A stretch of 64,000 nt of DNA from Callorhinchus milii (lineage: Eukaryota): positions 11,470,001-11,534,000 of the forward strand of contig NW_024704751.1 of NCBI RefSeq assembly GCF_018977255.1, written 5' to 3'. The notes beneath the pieces were generated by a model. That model saw nothing but the letters and a program-made list of their open reading frames with translations. It had not been told where the DNA came from and ran no database searches. Positions 1-13,451 of the stretch are shown one piece after another; the stretch's first letter is position 1, and each line of letters opens with the position of its first letter. A program made the position numbers and the translations under genes.

Positions 1-3000
1 TTTCCATTTAACATTTTCCGTTCCCCTATCACATTACATTCAGTATCTGGCATTGTGTGACAGCATAAAGCACTGATATTGATATGTGTGGGGGGAGGGG
101 GGGGGGGAAGGAAGTAAATCTGTCTCTATTGATTAAGCAGCTAATTTCTAATTGACTTCTACATAGAGTGTGTGATGATGGAAATGTATGAAATGGAAGA
201 TATTCTAAAACAATGTGGACTTGTGAATGACGGTAGGCATCTTATTTCTTTTTAATTATAATACTGAATTTTCACATCTTCTGTTCATTTCAAGAGAAGT
301 AATTCTCAGCTCCAAACAGCAATCTCTCTCCCTCGTTAAGGGATCTCACCTTGAGGTAATCTCATTCTGATTACCTCTGATAAGTGGAAGTTAGTCGTTT
401 CTATGAAATATATTTACAGGTAAATATTTTTAATATTGAACTGATACGATGAGTTGTGCAGGCGTCCCATAGCGTAAACCCACGACAATGATGTAATGGA
501 AACAAGTGAAGCAGATTTATGCCCTATATTCAGCACCTAGTGTGCATCAATACTGTAAGATGGGATCAACAAAGCAATCAAAACACTTGTTAAAAAGTAG
601 AAACAGATTCTGCTGAACTCATGGAGCAAATTCAAACCAAAGCGATTCATATCTGTTTGTCTAATTTGGAATAAGAGCACTTGGTAATTATTTTACAAGG
701 TCACAAGGAGAGAGAACTGGGAGTGGGGGTGAGAAGTCACTCTTTGAACAATTCTCATCGTGTTTCACTGTCCTGTAATTTGTATTGTGGGCGCTGGACG
801 GTAAAACAACAATAGCCTGGATTTATTCTTACAACAGATGTGAATTACTCTATGCCATTCACCAACCTTTTGTTGTGTGTAGCTATTAGAATATTTGTTG
901 GAAGGTAATTAACATTATCGTTGACCAAGGGACTATTTCCGGCTGTTTTGTCATCCGATTTGAGGTGAATCTTAACCCTCATTGCACTGCTCTGACTATG
1001 GATTTAATCCCAGTGAGTTGCTGGCGCTTTAATTTGCCAGCCCCCAGTGTTGAAAGCTGCAATGTGGGGCCCAAGGAAGGGAGAGAGAGGAAATGGCATA
1101 ACTCTAACCCTTTCCAAACGAGCTCTTTGTTAGCAGGACATGAATGGTGCCATGGAGACGAAAATAATTCCCCTCTATCTCATCATTTCACCCACAAAAC
1201 CCAAAGTCAATTCATGTTACAGTATATCCTGTGAAGCACTTTGAGACGTCTCAATGACGTGATAAGGCGTTATATCAAATGCAAGGATTATTATTATCTT
1301 TCTGGACATTTGGGACACCAGAGTCCTTGAGGCAAAAGAAACAAAATTGGGTTCGGGGGGGGTGGGGGGACGGACGAAGGAAATGCAATTTCCAAGTGTT
1401 TTATTTGAGAAAAGCTAAAAAAAACTTTGTTAAATAATGCCATTGTTCCTTGAACACTGCAGATTATTCAAGATCTTTAACAGACTAAAAAATACTTGTT
1501 CTACGTCTCCCAGTCAAAGTAAAATGATAAATAAAGTGCATTAAGTTAGCGTTTCTGATTTATTAGTCTGTAGTACAGGAACTCAATGTCACGTCTGAGA
1601 GGTTGGAGAGTGGCAGGTTGGTTCCTTTCAGCAGTGTTATTAAAATATTGATTAAAGATTATTTTTCTTCCTTGTCATTTCCGACTCCTCTCCTAAAGAT
1701 GCTTCTGATTCTTTTTAGCCTACAATTGGGGGTATATTTCCACAGCGGCTGAGCTCCCATTGTCATCATTCCTATGTGAGTCTAGATAGTAAATGCTATT
1801 TGACCTGGGGGGAGATTCACAGCTGAGCTCAATCCTGCCCTCACCTTATGTAAAAGAACACATATATTTTCCCACTAGAATACCAACACAGAACAGACTT
1901 GTGAGAATACAGCGTTCGGGATCCATAACATCTCAACCTGCGATCGTAAGGCAAGACAAGACCGTATCTACATGACAGCTCGTAAAGCCAATATATCTAC
2001 ATTATGTACATGTTTTTTTCATACATTGTGTTTTCCTGATTCAATATTGCGACTATTTTATTCTTGAATGTGACAAGCAAGGAATAGACCCCGTAAAGAC
2101 ACAGAAAAATCAGTTCAAACCCTATTCGCTGCCTTTCTTTTTAGATTGACGACAAATAGTACTACAATCCGTGGGGCTATCTTGTTGTCGATTTGGGGAT
2201 AAATTGACCAGTACTTTACAATCCAAAATTCTATTATGGTTAAGTCATTAAATTGTACTTAGAAATGCCTTTTCTTTTTGCCTCGCTTGTTCATAACACG
2301 AGAAGCTGCAGACATCGCCTCGTCGCATTGATTGCGGGAATGGAGTTCAATTTTCAGGTCAGAAACATGTTTAATGTGTTGTTACTTGAATAAGCAGAAG
2401 TGTGGACAATGCGAAGGATGTTGTGAAATGTGCAACGAAACACGACCACTGCCGATTAGACCATTTCCAAAATTGATCTTTGAAAAAAAAGTATCTTTGC
2501 CATTCAAAGCTGACTGTATCTCCGTCAGAATACGGTACCCCCGGCTGGAACTGAATGCTAAACTCAACCACTCGCCTTGTACCAGATCAAGTTTGGTCAA
2601 CAATAACCTGACATTAGCAGTTTACTAATGCACGTACGCTGCAATATCAACCGCCTGCCTCCTCCAAAGGGATATCTTTATACAACGACAGCAAGCTTGT
2701 GAATAGGGTAGTCGATATCCTCGAGTACCATATCACAGGTAACATATAGCGATGTAATGACATGGATAGCAGTTGGGACCATACACTTAAATATGACTTA
2801 TGCAAAGTACGAGTTATGTGAAACTTGCATAGAATAGAAACTCTTGAGCAGATGCACAACTGAGGCCACTATACGATTTATACAGATCGGACCTACACGA
2901 GTTTTACTGTAATTTTAAAACATGTTACATGTACAAACAGTGATCAGTTGGACGAGCTTGCAACTAAAGAGCTGAGCACTAGAGGATGCTCTTGTCTTAA

Positions 3001-3249
3001 AAAGTATTCCCTCAGCGTTAAGAAAAGAATCTTTAAATCAGACCGTTGATAAATTGGCTTAGTGGCTGCAGGGAAAACTTGGCAGCGTCAATGCTGGAGA
3101 TGAACTGCATTGCAGTGCGCTGTTCTGTGACTTGCCTACTTTGGGATAAACTTGGTCAGTGCTGGTAAAGTAAATATCTGCTTTGTCATAGTGCGGTCTT
3201 TCGATGAAGTCATACTATTTCGGTCCCACTCCAAATTCCTATAATAAAG

Positions 3250-3476
3250 TAGTAATCCTTGCATTTGATTTGGCGCCTTATCACGTCTTCGAGACGTCTC
3301 AAAGCGCTTCACGGATTATACTGTTAAGTTAACTGACTGTACACCTTGTGGGTGAAACGCGGCAGCCAACTGCGCACAGCGTGGCGCGTGGAGCGTAAGG
3401 AAACTTGCCCAACGTTTCGCTCTGCCGAGAATCGAAACCCAGGTCCTCTCGCTTGCGAGGTGAGTGCTCTAACCAC
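3250..3476 (-). mobile_element. tRNA-derived SINE, internally deleted
   Basis: Tail, core and head on the minus strand. Confidence 0.8.
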
Positions 3477-4799
3477 TATTATCTTTATTGTTAAGTCGTT
3501 CCCACTCAGAATACTTAAAAAAATTCTAACACAATAAGGTTAAGATGTTATTAAGATATATCTGTTTTCAAAGATGGGAGAGAGGGGGGGGAAGGAGTGG
3601 AAAGCCAGAAGCCAGTTTTTTTTCCCTTCCACCCAGGATGCACTCGCTCTCTGTGACACAAATGACAACACTGAGACATTAGTCAAAGCTCCAGTTTGTA
3701 ATATTGTAATATCGCCACTGCAGCAATCTGGGAACCTGACCTTCTGCATTATTGATCAGGGCTGAGTCTCGATCAATAGAGAAACCAATAGCTTGCTAAT
3801 CCGGGTTCAATTTGGATCTAAGAAGAAGACAGAATGAACGGGGCACAAGAGTACTTCAGGTTAACAGATTTAACAGTTTTCCTACTGCAGAAATCAGCAA
3901 AGGATTTCAGTCAGGTTTACTCTTGTATCAGCAGATCAATCAATTAATATCGGGCGGGGGGGGGGGTTATAATGGGTGCTGCACATTAAACCGGAGGAAG
4001 TCAGTTTTATTGAAATGATTATAAGTGACCTTATTATCCCTGAATCACAAGCTTATCTCAACCATTCTCATTTTGTTTGCCTACAAAATGCAGTCACTAC
4101 ACATTACAGCGAATCCTGTGAAGCGCTCTGAGAGGTCCTCCCGACGTGAAAGGTGCTGCAAGGTTTATTTATGAAGTGGTGTAATGTTTAGGATATGGTT
4201 TCTATGATTCATTGCATATCTGCAGTGTATCCTGTGAAGCGCTTTGAGACGGCTTCGAAGATGTGATAAGGCTCTGGGTCAAATGCAAGGGTAATTATTA
4301 TTAATATTGTCTGTTTGAAATTATTTTTTTTAAAAAACTGGCTGGATTTACAGAGTGGATGAAATTTGACTCCGTAAATGCCTCACAAAGGGGCAACTTT
4401 TCAAACTATGCAAACGAAGGCTTAACACCTAGAAACATTGAATATTCTGTCTGTCCGTGCGTCTGTCTGTGTGCCTGACTCAGTCAATCTGTATACATGT
4501 CTCTGGTAAAACTCAGTGATGTGATTAATGCAGCAGAAGCAAAGGTAAGAGTTTGGAGAATACTGACTAAGGTAATAGTCAAAATAAAATAAGATGTTAA
4601 ACATGTTTTTTTTTCAGTGAATTATACTGGTTTCCTGCAGTAACAGCTCAGCACATTAATAAAGGTAATGTTTCTGCTATTCCAGCAACAAATGTATTCC
4701 AACCTCATCTGTTCAGCAAACTCTCCTCATTATGTTCTGGAATCGGATCAACTTGCTGATTCAGCAAACTCTGAGTAATCTGCTTCGTCAGAAGTAGGA

Positions 4800-5030
4800 A
4801 TGATTGTGAATTCTGGCTGCTTTTGTCCCTCGTGCCCTCTGCTCCAGAATCAGTGGCCACTACGCCTCGAAACTCTGCAACACTCTCCCTCAATCCCTTC
4901 GCCTTTCCCCCTCCCTCCCCGCCTTCAAATCCCGCCTAAAGACCTCCCTTTTTGATGGTGCTTACGGTCACCTCCGCCCTCCCTCTCCCCCTGGCTCGGG
5001 GTCAGAGTCCGCCACTGTCGAGCGCTCCAG
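4800..5030 (+). mobile_element. L2 LINE 3' fragment
   Basis: ccactacgcc..aaactctg.aac.ctctccctcaatccc..ttcaaatcccgcctaaagacc, shared with 56760-56950 and the reverse copy at 10770-11000. Confidence 0.7.
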
Positions 5031-6256
5031 CCTCAGCCTTGGGCCACAGTGAAACACGAGGATGATCTGCCAATCTATCCAGCTGTGAGCAGTGAGCAGC
5101 CCTCCACACGTTCAAACTATGTGCTTAACCTCTCACTGACAAGGAGTCCAGACCACTATGACATCTTAGCATTTCTAAAGTCAGGCCTCCAACAGGTTTA
5201 ATACTGAACCAACCTTCATCAATGGTCACAACCAGCTACTGAACCCTATTGGACGTAGAAACGTCTATAATACAAGCACCATTTACTGACAGACTCGGGC
5301 GCTACTGTAATGAGTTAAGATCAGATCTGATTAAATACAACCCTACTTCTGGGGAGTGAAAATTGACCAGAGTTCACCAAAAGCCACCGACTTTCAAGCT
5401 TCCTTTATGAAAGCTCTGCTGATCCCCACGTTTTGCCCAGCAGGTAATTGAGGGGGTTGAGGGGTGGTGGGGGTTGAAGGCTCTGTCGCTGCATGTTTGA
5501 GCGGCTCACAGATGTACCCAAGCTCTGGAACAACCAACTTAAATTAAAATATAATCTCTATATATTTTATTTTACTAAAATAAAATTTTACTAAAATAAA
5601 ATTGATCAAAAAAGAAGTGATTTGATGCAAGGAATGATCGTAGGAGGCTCTGGGCTGGACAGTCGATTTAAAAGCGTGTTGAAAACACGGAGCCAACAAA
5701 CAAGTCCCCAAACTCAAGTGGCCCAATGTCAAACCTGGCAATGGCTGCATTAGGAGCACCTGAATGACCAGGTTTCCAGGAGCTGGAATCTTGAAGAAAC
5801 CAGACTGCGCGGGAATCTACGTCCACACCACGTGTTACAAAGGGCCAGGTTGCTCTGAGTTTGGCTTGAGGTTCACACCTGCCTATTAAAAAACTAGCTA
5901 TGTCAAATTTACAAAATAGAAAACGTTTTATTTCACCTTCGGCTAATAATAATTTCAACTGTGTCGGGTCATGTGTGTGTTTGTGTGCAGCAATACATTA
6001 AAAACACAGTCAGCCTTTAGCAAACCTCAGCACGATTCACACGTGACAACTTCTATTCACTGATATGTTAATATGAGATGATCACATTGGCAGCTATAAA
6101 AATGATATGAGAAATTTTCTTTCAATTTAACTCACAGTGAACAAACAAATGATAAATATACACCTAACAGTCTGTCGCAGAACAGTACATATAATAGGGA
6201 AGGAGGTGGCTAGAGTCTATAAGATTATATAATCCTGATTGCCTTCAGCCTTACGT

Positions 6257-9200
6257 TCAATCATCGTCGATCGCTTCTGTCTTGATCTCACTTCCTCCCT
6301 GGCCAGCCAACGCGAGGACTGAATGATTGACAGCTGCCATTTCAACAGCTAATGAGATGGGGTCTTGCTGATGGTCACTATGACACGTATTTTCGTCCTG
6401 AGTGGAGGAGGGGGATAGAAACACAAACTACCGTATAAGTAGCACTGGATTTAACAAGAATCACACATAGTACAGTACAACTCAGCTGGACAGGATTGTG
6501 TCTCTTGTTGCATAAGCGAACAAACTATCAGCAGTTAAACTATTAACCTGCCTGGTGTTTTGCTGGTGAAATTCAGAGGATAATTTCTGAGATATTTGTT
6601 AACAATATTTCTATCTTAAATCCCGTAACCAACAACGATCATTTTGACAAACATGCTCTCCCTATTCTGGGCTGATTTGTAAAAACGTGGTACCCGTTCG
6701 AATCGGATGTAAATCAGAGTTACTGACAATGAAAGAACGAACGTGTTGTCACTTTAATGAACATTTCAAACCTGTTCAAACAAAAATCCCCAAATAAAGT
6801 GTCAGCATCCAACGGGTCCAAGCAACAACAAATTATATCTGTAGAATGCCTTTCACGTCGGGAGGACGTCCCAAAGCGCTAGAGGCAAAAAGGCGCAACC
6901 TTTTTGAAACAGAGCTAAAGACCGCTTTATTCCGTGTGTGTCTATATATATATATATAAAGCACACTGAATGTACAGTTTTCACAGACAACCTGTTTCTA
7001 TAGATAGAGAAATGCTCATCACCCATCACTGACTGGGAACCTGATCTGGGGTTAGCCTGATATTAACAGAAATATTGTACATAATGTAATATGGGAGGAT
7101 CTCAAAATATTTTTTGAAGCCACCTTGAAAATCCAACTTCAAGATCTATTTTTCTTCTGTGTCGATTTCAGCCACTTGTCTTCCCCGACAACCCTTTCAT
7201 CCCAGTTTGGTAGTAATTTGTACAATTGATGATCCTTTAGTTAAAATGTTGATTAAAGATTGGTGCTATTTTAGCAGCTGGTTTATATTTCCCCCATGTG
7301 TAAGTAGTTTAAATTGACTGATGGGGATGTATCTTCATTGATGCTAACACATCACCTGCTGAAACTAACTACAAGAGTAACTGCCAAAATGGGAATAAAC
7401 AGTAAATCTCCACTGAAAACAGAGAGTTTCTTTACCCCAGTAAAACCTTAATTGCCACTACAATTGCCCGTTTAACGAGTGTACCGAGAGTGGTTAGTCT
7501 GACACACACATGGACATACTAATGAGTGGGTAGTTGGTTCTTTGTTTCAGTCAGGACCTTGCTGCTTCTGTGAAACAGGACAGGTGAGGTTGCTCTGGTT
7601 TGTCAACCATTCAACTCCAAAGAATGTTATTATTTTTCTTTCTTCTGTGTTTTATTTTTCACCAAATACCATGTACAAACTACTTTAGCATCTACATATA
7701 CTGTAGTACTATGTGGGGAGGTCACTATGACTATTATTATTATTATTATAAAGAAACAAATGATCTATTCAAGCTGGATGATGCCAAGCTTGGTTTTTTA
7801 AAAGCCTGTTGATTTATAAAGTTATAAAAATGAAAGTGTCTGTTAGTTAACTTTCACTACGGGTTGCCAATAAACCCTTCAGGTTTTGTGTTCACACAAG
7901 AACGACAACAACTTGTATTTATATAGCACCCCTCACGTTGGGGTAGTGTCTCGGAGCAAAGTGGTGGAGTCTGGGAGGAGGAGAGGGGGGGGTTGAGGAG
8001 AGGAGAGGGGGGTGGGTAGCCTCATAGAAAGGGGGGAATAAAAAAATCAGAAAGTAACGTTTGTAGCTCTAACCTCTAATAGTCGTGACTCACTTGCTCA
8101 CAGTAGTCGTTGCCTTCGATGTCGTCGCTATTGGAATGTCCCCCAGGGCTCTGCACGTCGATGCCGTGGCTCTCTAGAATTGCTGCTTCTTTGGGAAAGT
8201 AAATTAATCAAACTCTAATTGCATTTTAAAAGAAAGTCCACATTAAGTACCTTTCAAAAGCATTTTTTTTTGCGCTGATGTTCCCTACTATTTTCTCTCA
8301 AAGTTGTTTTTTTCTCTTTCTTGATTTAATAAAATCATGTTTGACCAATTATCTGCCGTTTCTAAGCCAGTGTGGTGTGTGTGTAGCCAGGAAAAAGAAA
8401 TTCAACATTTCATGCACATACAACAACAATGTCGCTGGATGGACAGTCAGGGATTTGGACCCGAGCTGAGGTTTGAACACACACACGTACTATTACTGCA
8501 AACATTCTATGTTTGTACATGTACATAAAATGAGGATTTTAAATACAAGTCAAATATATTCATTCCCACAAAAGCTCCAAAAAGCCACCGCACGTTCCCT
8601 CAGCTACTCCTGGCCACAGACCAGGTACCAGCTTACCTATATTTGCTCTTCTCTTCATCTCCTTCCGGCGATTCGCAAACCAGTTATATACTTTCAAGGG
8701 TGTAACTCGCTCAAACTCTGATAGCTTTTTACCTGGAATGTGAAGGTAGAACAATTCATTCTGTGACGGTGTGAAGGAGTTTGAGTACAAAGATAGAACA
8801 AGAGTGGCACTGTTTCCCACTACATTCCTTTCCTCACAATAATAATCCTTGCATTTGATGTAGCGCCTTATCATGTCTTTGAGTCGTCTCAAAGCTCTTC
8901 ACTATATAGTGTAGTAACTGAGCATTTTGTAAAGAACGGGAAAATAATTCGCGTAGATGACGACTGCAGACGTGTGTCGATTGTGCTGTATTTCAGCGAC
9001 CAGGATTCTCACATGCAAGCGCTCTGGGACGCTACCCTGTGTGAAGGCTGTTAATATAAATGCAAGTTATGGTATGTGGGCCCCCAAACTGACTCCCCCA
9101 CCCCCCAGCGCTACCTCTCTCTACGGAAGGGCTTAGCCTGTGACATTGTGACCTGGCACATACTGATGAAAACCGGGCGCCTTGGCCCAAATGATGGTAG

Positions 9201-12200
9201 AAAACACAAAGTGTCCAGTAATAGGTCTGATTCTCACACATACTGTTCTCTCTTATTGCTCTAACCTAACTTTATTTGAACCTGCTGAGGACTGAGTGAT
9301 CTTTCCTCTGTGTCCAAAGGTAATGCATGCATGAGCAGAGTTTATCCAATTTCTTAGCAGGAACAAGCTGACAGTGATCTGCTAAAAGCTTTGTATGGGA
9401 ACAATGTTATCTCAGGATGCACATTAATATATAGTTTGGGACATGACGTGTGCAAGCGACTACCAGGATGGTGGGAGGTGAACTGGATGGACTTGGTCAT
9501 CTGTGGCCTAGCAAATTTTTCTGTTCATGTTCTTAACTAAGGCATATATACCTAAAGCTCTTGTACCAGTAAATGCACAGATTCCTTGCGTTTGCAACAC
9601 TAGTTACAGGTTACTGACGGTGTCCGGAGCTGCTCACCTGGTTTCTGTATGACTGTGTTGCAAGCATTGGCAATCTCTTCCCTCTTTGCCTCGTCTGGAT
9701 ACTGATTCTCACCAAAATAACTGTGAGACAACGAAACCGAGAAAGTCCTGTTACGCGCTTACTGAAAGCGTTTGCTAGTGCTCGCTCTATGTATTTAGCA
9801 TTTCCACTGTTGCTGTAATAACCACAAATTACATTTACGCAGCGCCTGCTTTTCACGTCGGGAGGACATCCCAAGGCGCTGCCCTGGACAGTCAGGGATT
9901 TGGGACCCGAGCTGGGTGTTGCGATCAGGGGGTAGGGGGTAGGAGGGTGACTTCTGTTCCAAATGACTACGTTCTCTCCTCCTACCAACCTCTCCATGAC
10001 AGACAAACACTCTTTACGCCAAGTAAATCTGCTTCCTCTCCTCAGCCGGAAGTTTCCCGTCACTGGACTGACATTTGACCGCCACTCGGGCTCCTCTGTG
10101 GTTGTGGTCGACACTGGCCTCATACTTAAAGTTGCGCCTGAAACACAGGAGGAAAATTATTATTAATAATAATAATAATCCTTGTATTCGATATAGTGCC
10201 TTGTCACGTCTTCGAGATGTCTCAAAGCGCTTTGCAGACTATACTGTAAAGTGCAGTGACTGTAACCTGAATTGTATAGTGTTGAAGAGCTCAAAACGCT
10301 TCCTGGATAATCACTGTGTATTAGACAAATGTAGCAAACACTCTGCACGCAACACAATGCCACAAACCGTGATGAAGTGAACGACAAATTGATCGGGAAA
10401 ATTGTTGGCCAGAATAGTTGGCCCCAGTGGATGTGCTCGCACCATCATAGCCTTTGATGGTTCAGTAACGCCGTCCTACACTGGGATTGTTATTACTCTA
10501 GAACAGAAATGGGGAAGTGGTATTTTTTTTCTTAACTTTGTTGAATCTGACTCCAATTCCCTCTCTGGCACATTGGGAACCCAAACGAGAATGCTGTGCT
10601 TACCTGGACTATTTTTCTCGAGAAGGTACCATCTGTAAAACGCCCTCTTCTTGGGCTCACTCATATCAAGACCCTGTTGTAGCAACCACTGGGATATGTA
10701 GCTCTGGCTTATACCTGTGTTTATATATTAAAAAAAAGCATGAGAGAATTCACAGACATTCGTTTTACAACAACTTTCTTTTATATAGCGCCCTTCACGT
10801 GGGGTAGCATCCCGGAACCCTCGACAGTGGTGGAGTCTGACGCCAAGCTGTGGGGGAGAGGTAAGAGAGAGGTGACCGTAAGCACGATCAAAAAGAAAAG
10901 TCTTTAGGTGAGATTTGAAAGTGTGAATGGAGGGGGAAAGGCGGAGGGATTGAAGGAGAGAGTTACAGAGTCTCGGGGCGTTGTGGCTGAAGTTTTAAAT
11001 GATTGGAAAAAAATTTGTTGTGCACGAGTATTGGACAGACACTGAGAGCAACATTCACTTAGAACCTGCCACTAGTTTCTAAAAGAACAAGAGCTCAGAA
11101 GGACTGAGGTTGAACCCTGCTTTTTGTTAGGTACAATCTTTTCCGACACGTAACAAAACAAGTTGTTAAATAATAACTCGATTGAACAAACTAGTCAAAT
11201 GTACTCACAACATTGTCCTCTCACCCATGGGGTTTTGGTTAAAATCCAGCCTGAGTTTATGGGTCCTCTCCTCTGGTTGTTAAGCACAATGAGTCTGGGC
11301 AACATTGAACCAGTCTCTACCCGGCCAGAGCACAAAATGTTCCTCCAATTCAGCACAATTGGCATTAAGTCTGCAGTTTACCTCTGAGGCCACAGTGGTT
11401 AATTACGTGGGAAACTGAAGCCTTGCTGGAGCTGTCCTGAAATTAGATCTTAGACTGTACTGCGCATTGTGTGCACACAGCCAAACAGCCCATATTCCAT
11501 TTACACTGACAAACCACTCAGTGTTTTTTTATTGTTTGCTCAATCAGAGAATACGCTATAGATTTGATAGAATGAAATGGTTTAGCAACAACAAATTACA
11601 TTTGTATAGCGTCTTTCACGTTAGGAGGATGTCCCAAGGCGCTAGTGGTCTGAACTCAAAGCAGACGAGAAGTTCACACCAGCTCCAGCCAGTGCTCGAG
11701 AACTGAATTCAGCAGCTATATTGGCACTCGCTTGCAAAATTCCCTGAGACAGTTGCAGAGAGCGACAATTTAACGGAAGCTGTTTCCTGGCACCTCCCTA
11801 CCTCTCCGACGTGCTGACTCCCCAACCCACTACCCGCTGCCTCCGTTCGACTGGCTCTGGCCTCCTGCACGTCCCTCATGTTTATCTGTGCGGACTGTAC
11901 ATTCCAGCAGGGGTCAGTTCCATCAATCAAGTGAGCCCTGACTGAATTTCCTCTCCTGCCCCCCCCCCAACCTAAGGACACTGAAGCCAGGGCATTTTGT
12001 CCCTATTTGAGATCAGTTATATTAGTTGGGGATTCAACCCTGGATACTTTTCATCTGTGTGGTTGAGCACTGTATCCAGTGGTTACTTTACCCTAATAAG
12101 CCATTAGGAAAATATGGCTGACTTTTTAACCAATGGTTTTACTCTCTCCGTCTTCCTTACCTGTGACTTGCCCCACCACAGCCTGAGAAATCCTGCGATT

Positions 12201-13451
12201 GGCTAAAAATGCTTTGATTTCTTCTTTTACTGCATTGCTATCCCTCCTGCGCGAGAAAAAAGAGAAGATGTACTGATTTGGATTTGACTTTATCCAACAG
12301 GAGGTGCAATTCAACTCGGTTACATCAGCGTATGTCTTTTGTTATTATTCCTAAATCAGATACCTTCCCTCTGGTTTCACTTCCACGACATAGTTTAGCC
12401 AGTGGCAAATAAATCAATAAATCTAAATCGATAGCTAGGAGTGACAGATAATCCTGGAATTCAATCCATGATCTCTTGTAAGGAGGAACGAAGGAGAAGA
12501 AATCTTGGCTGTGTAACTCTACAATGTCCCACCTCTTTTTTTGGCCAGCCGGGTGTCTGACACACAGGGAAACCCGTCACGGTGACCGGCCGGGTGTCTG
12601 ACACACAGGGAAACCCGTCACGGTGACCAGCCGGGTGTCTGACACACAGGGAAACCCGTCACCGTGACCGGCCGGGTGTCTGACACACAGGGAAACCCAT
12701 CACGGTGACCGGCCGGGTGTCTGACACACAGGGAAACCCATCACGGTGACCAGCCGGGTGTCTGACACACAGGGAAACCCGTCACCGTGACCGGCCGGGT
12801 GTCTGACACACAGGGAAACCCGTCACGGTGACCAGCCGGGTGTCTGACACACAGGGAAACCCGTCACCGTTGCTTAAGAGTCTCCAAACCCAACTGATAA
12901 TTCCAAGTCTCCTACCCAGCCATGGAAATCCGAGAAATAGATTGTCGGAACGGAACGCGCGCTCTCTCTCTCTGCTTACTCTCTGCCCATTCGTGTTACC
13001 TCATATACTCTTCCACCTTCTCCTCCAGGTCCGCATCTTCCTCTCCCGTGTCAAAGCTGTACGACCTCTGGTTGACGCTGTTCTGGTATCGGGGAGACAG
13101 AGTTCCGCTCGCCACTGACAGTCTCTCGCTCGCCGCGTTCTCTCGCCCCATGTGGCTCGCGTTGTACGGTGGCGGGGAGGTGTCGTAGCTGTTGCTGGGC
13201 GAGGGTGACTGGGCGATGCTCTGAGTCTGCGTGGCGGCGGAGGCTGTGGAGGACGAGGCCGAGACGTTGTTGCCGTAATTACTGCTGTAGTTGGGCCGCC
13301 TGACAAACTTGTCGTTCTGTTCCTGGTCGAGCCGCTCCATTGTTTCCAGCGCGTGAATGATCTCGTGTTTAGTCATTCCTGATCGCCGTAAGCGCTGCAG
13401 TAAGTCGATCTGTTCAATGGTGTATCGGGGCTCGTCGTTGTAGTAAGACAT
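6257..13451 (-). CDS. hmbox1: Homeobox-containing protein 1-like (HMBOX1 family, HNF-class homeodomain), 403 aa, 8 coding exons
   Basis: Coding exons 13451-13000, 12246-12161, 10714-10604, 10137-9990, 9720-9638, 8732-8637, 8188-8094, 6397-6257. All junctions are GT-AG and the total is 1212 nt in frame. Translation includes MSYYNDEPRYTIEQIDLLQRLRR, KEEIKAFLANRRISQAVV, RRGSRFTWRKEC, KVYNWFANRRKEMKRRANIEAAILESHG and ends EIKTEAIDDD*. This matches HMBOX1 end to end but may be the paralogue (see findings). Confidence 0.95.
10770..11000 (-). mobile_element. L2 LINE 3' end
   Basis: Reverse of L2 tail cacgtgaagggcgctatata..(gtt)n plus the upstream ORF2 end. Confidence 0.7.
12544..12870. repeat. 41-bp minisatellite, 8 copies, in an HMBOX1-like intron
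   Basis: Unit cc(a/g)gccgggtgtctgacacacagggaaaccc(g/a)tcac(g/c)gtga at an exact 41-bp period. Confidence 0.95.

Noticed and set aside
353-377. Hairpin GAGGTAATC-n7-GATTACCTC
   Set aside because: A single 9-bp stem is expected by chance in 64 kb and has no supporting context.
2371-2571. Minus ORF with a hemopexin-like string (GVP..RYFFFKDQFWKW)
   Set aside because: No convincing splice sites or companion exons, and the Phe run comes from an A8 homopolymer. Probably a chance match, possibly in 3' UTR.
2895-2911. Possible pogo/Tigger-type terminal repeat (cgagttttactgta)
   Set aside because: I could not find a matching opposite end or a transposase remnant.
5668-5958. 96-aa minus ORF downstream of the HMBOX1-like stop
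   Set aside because: No recognisable homology. The upstream exon already supplies the conserved C-terminus and stop.
12544-12870. CRISPR-like palindromic repeats
   Set aside because: Head-to-tail units without unique spacers, no cas genes, and a eukaryotic intron context.
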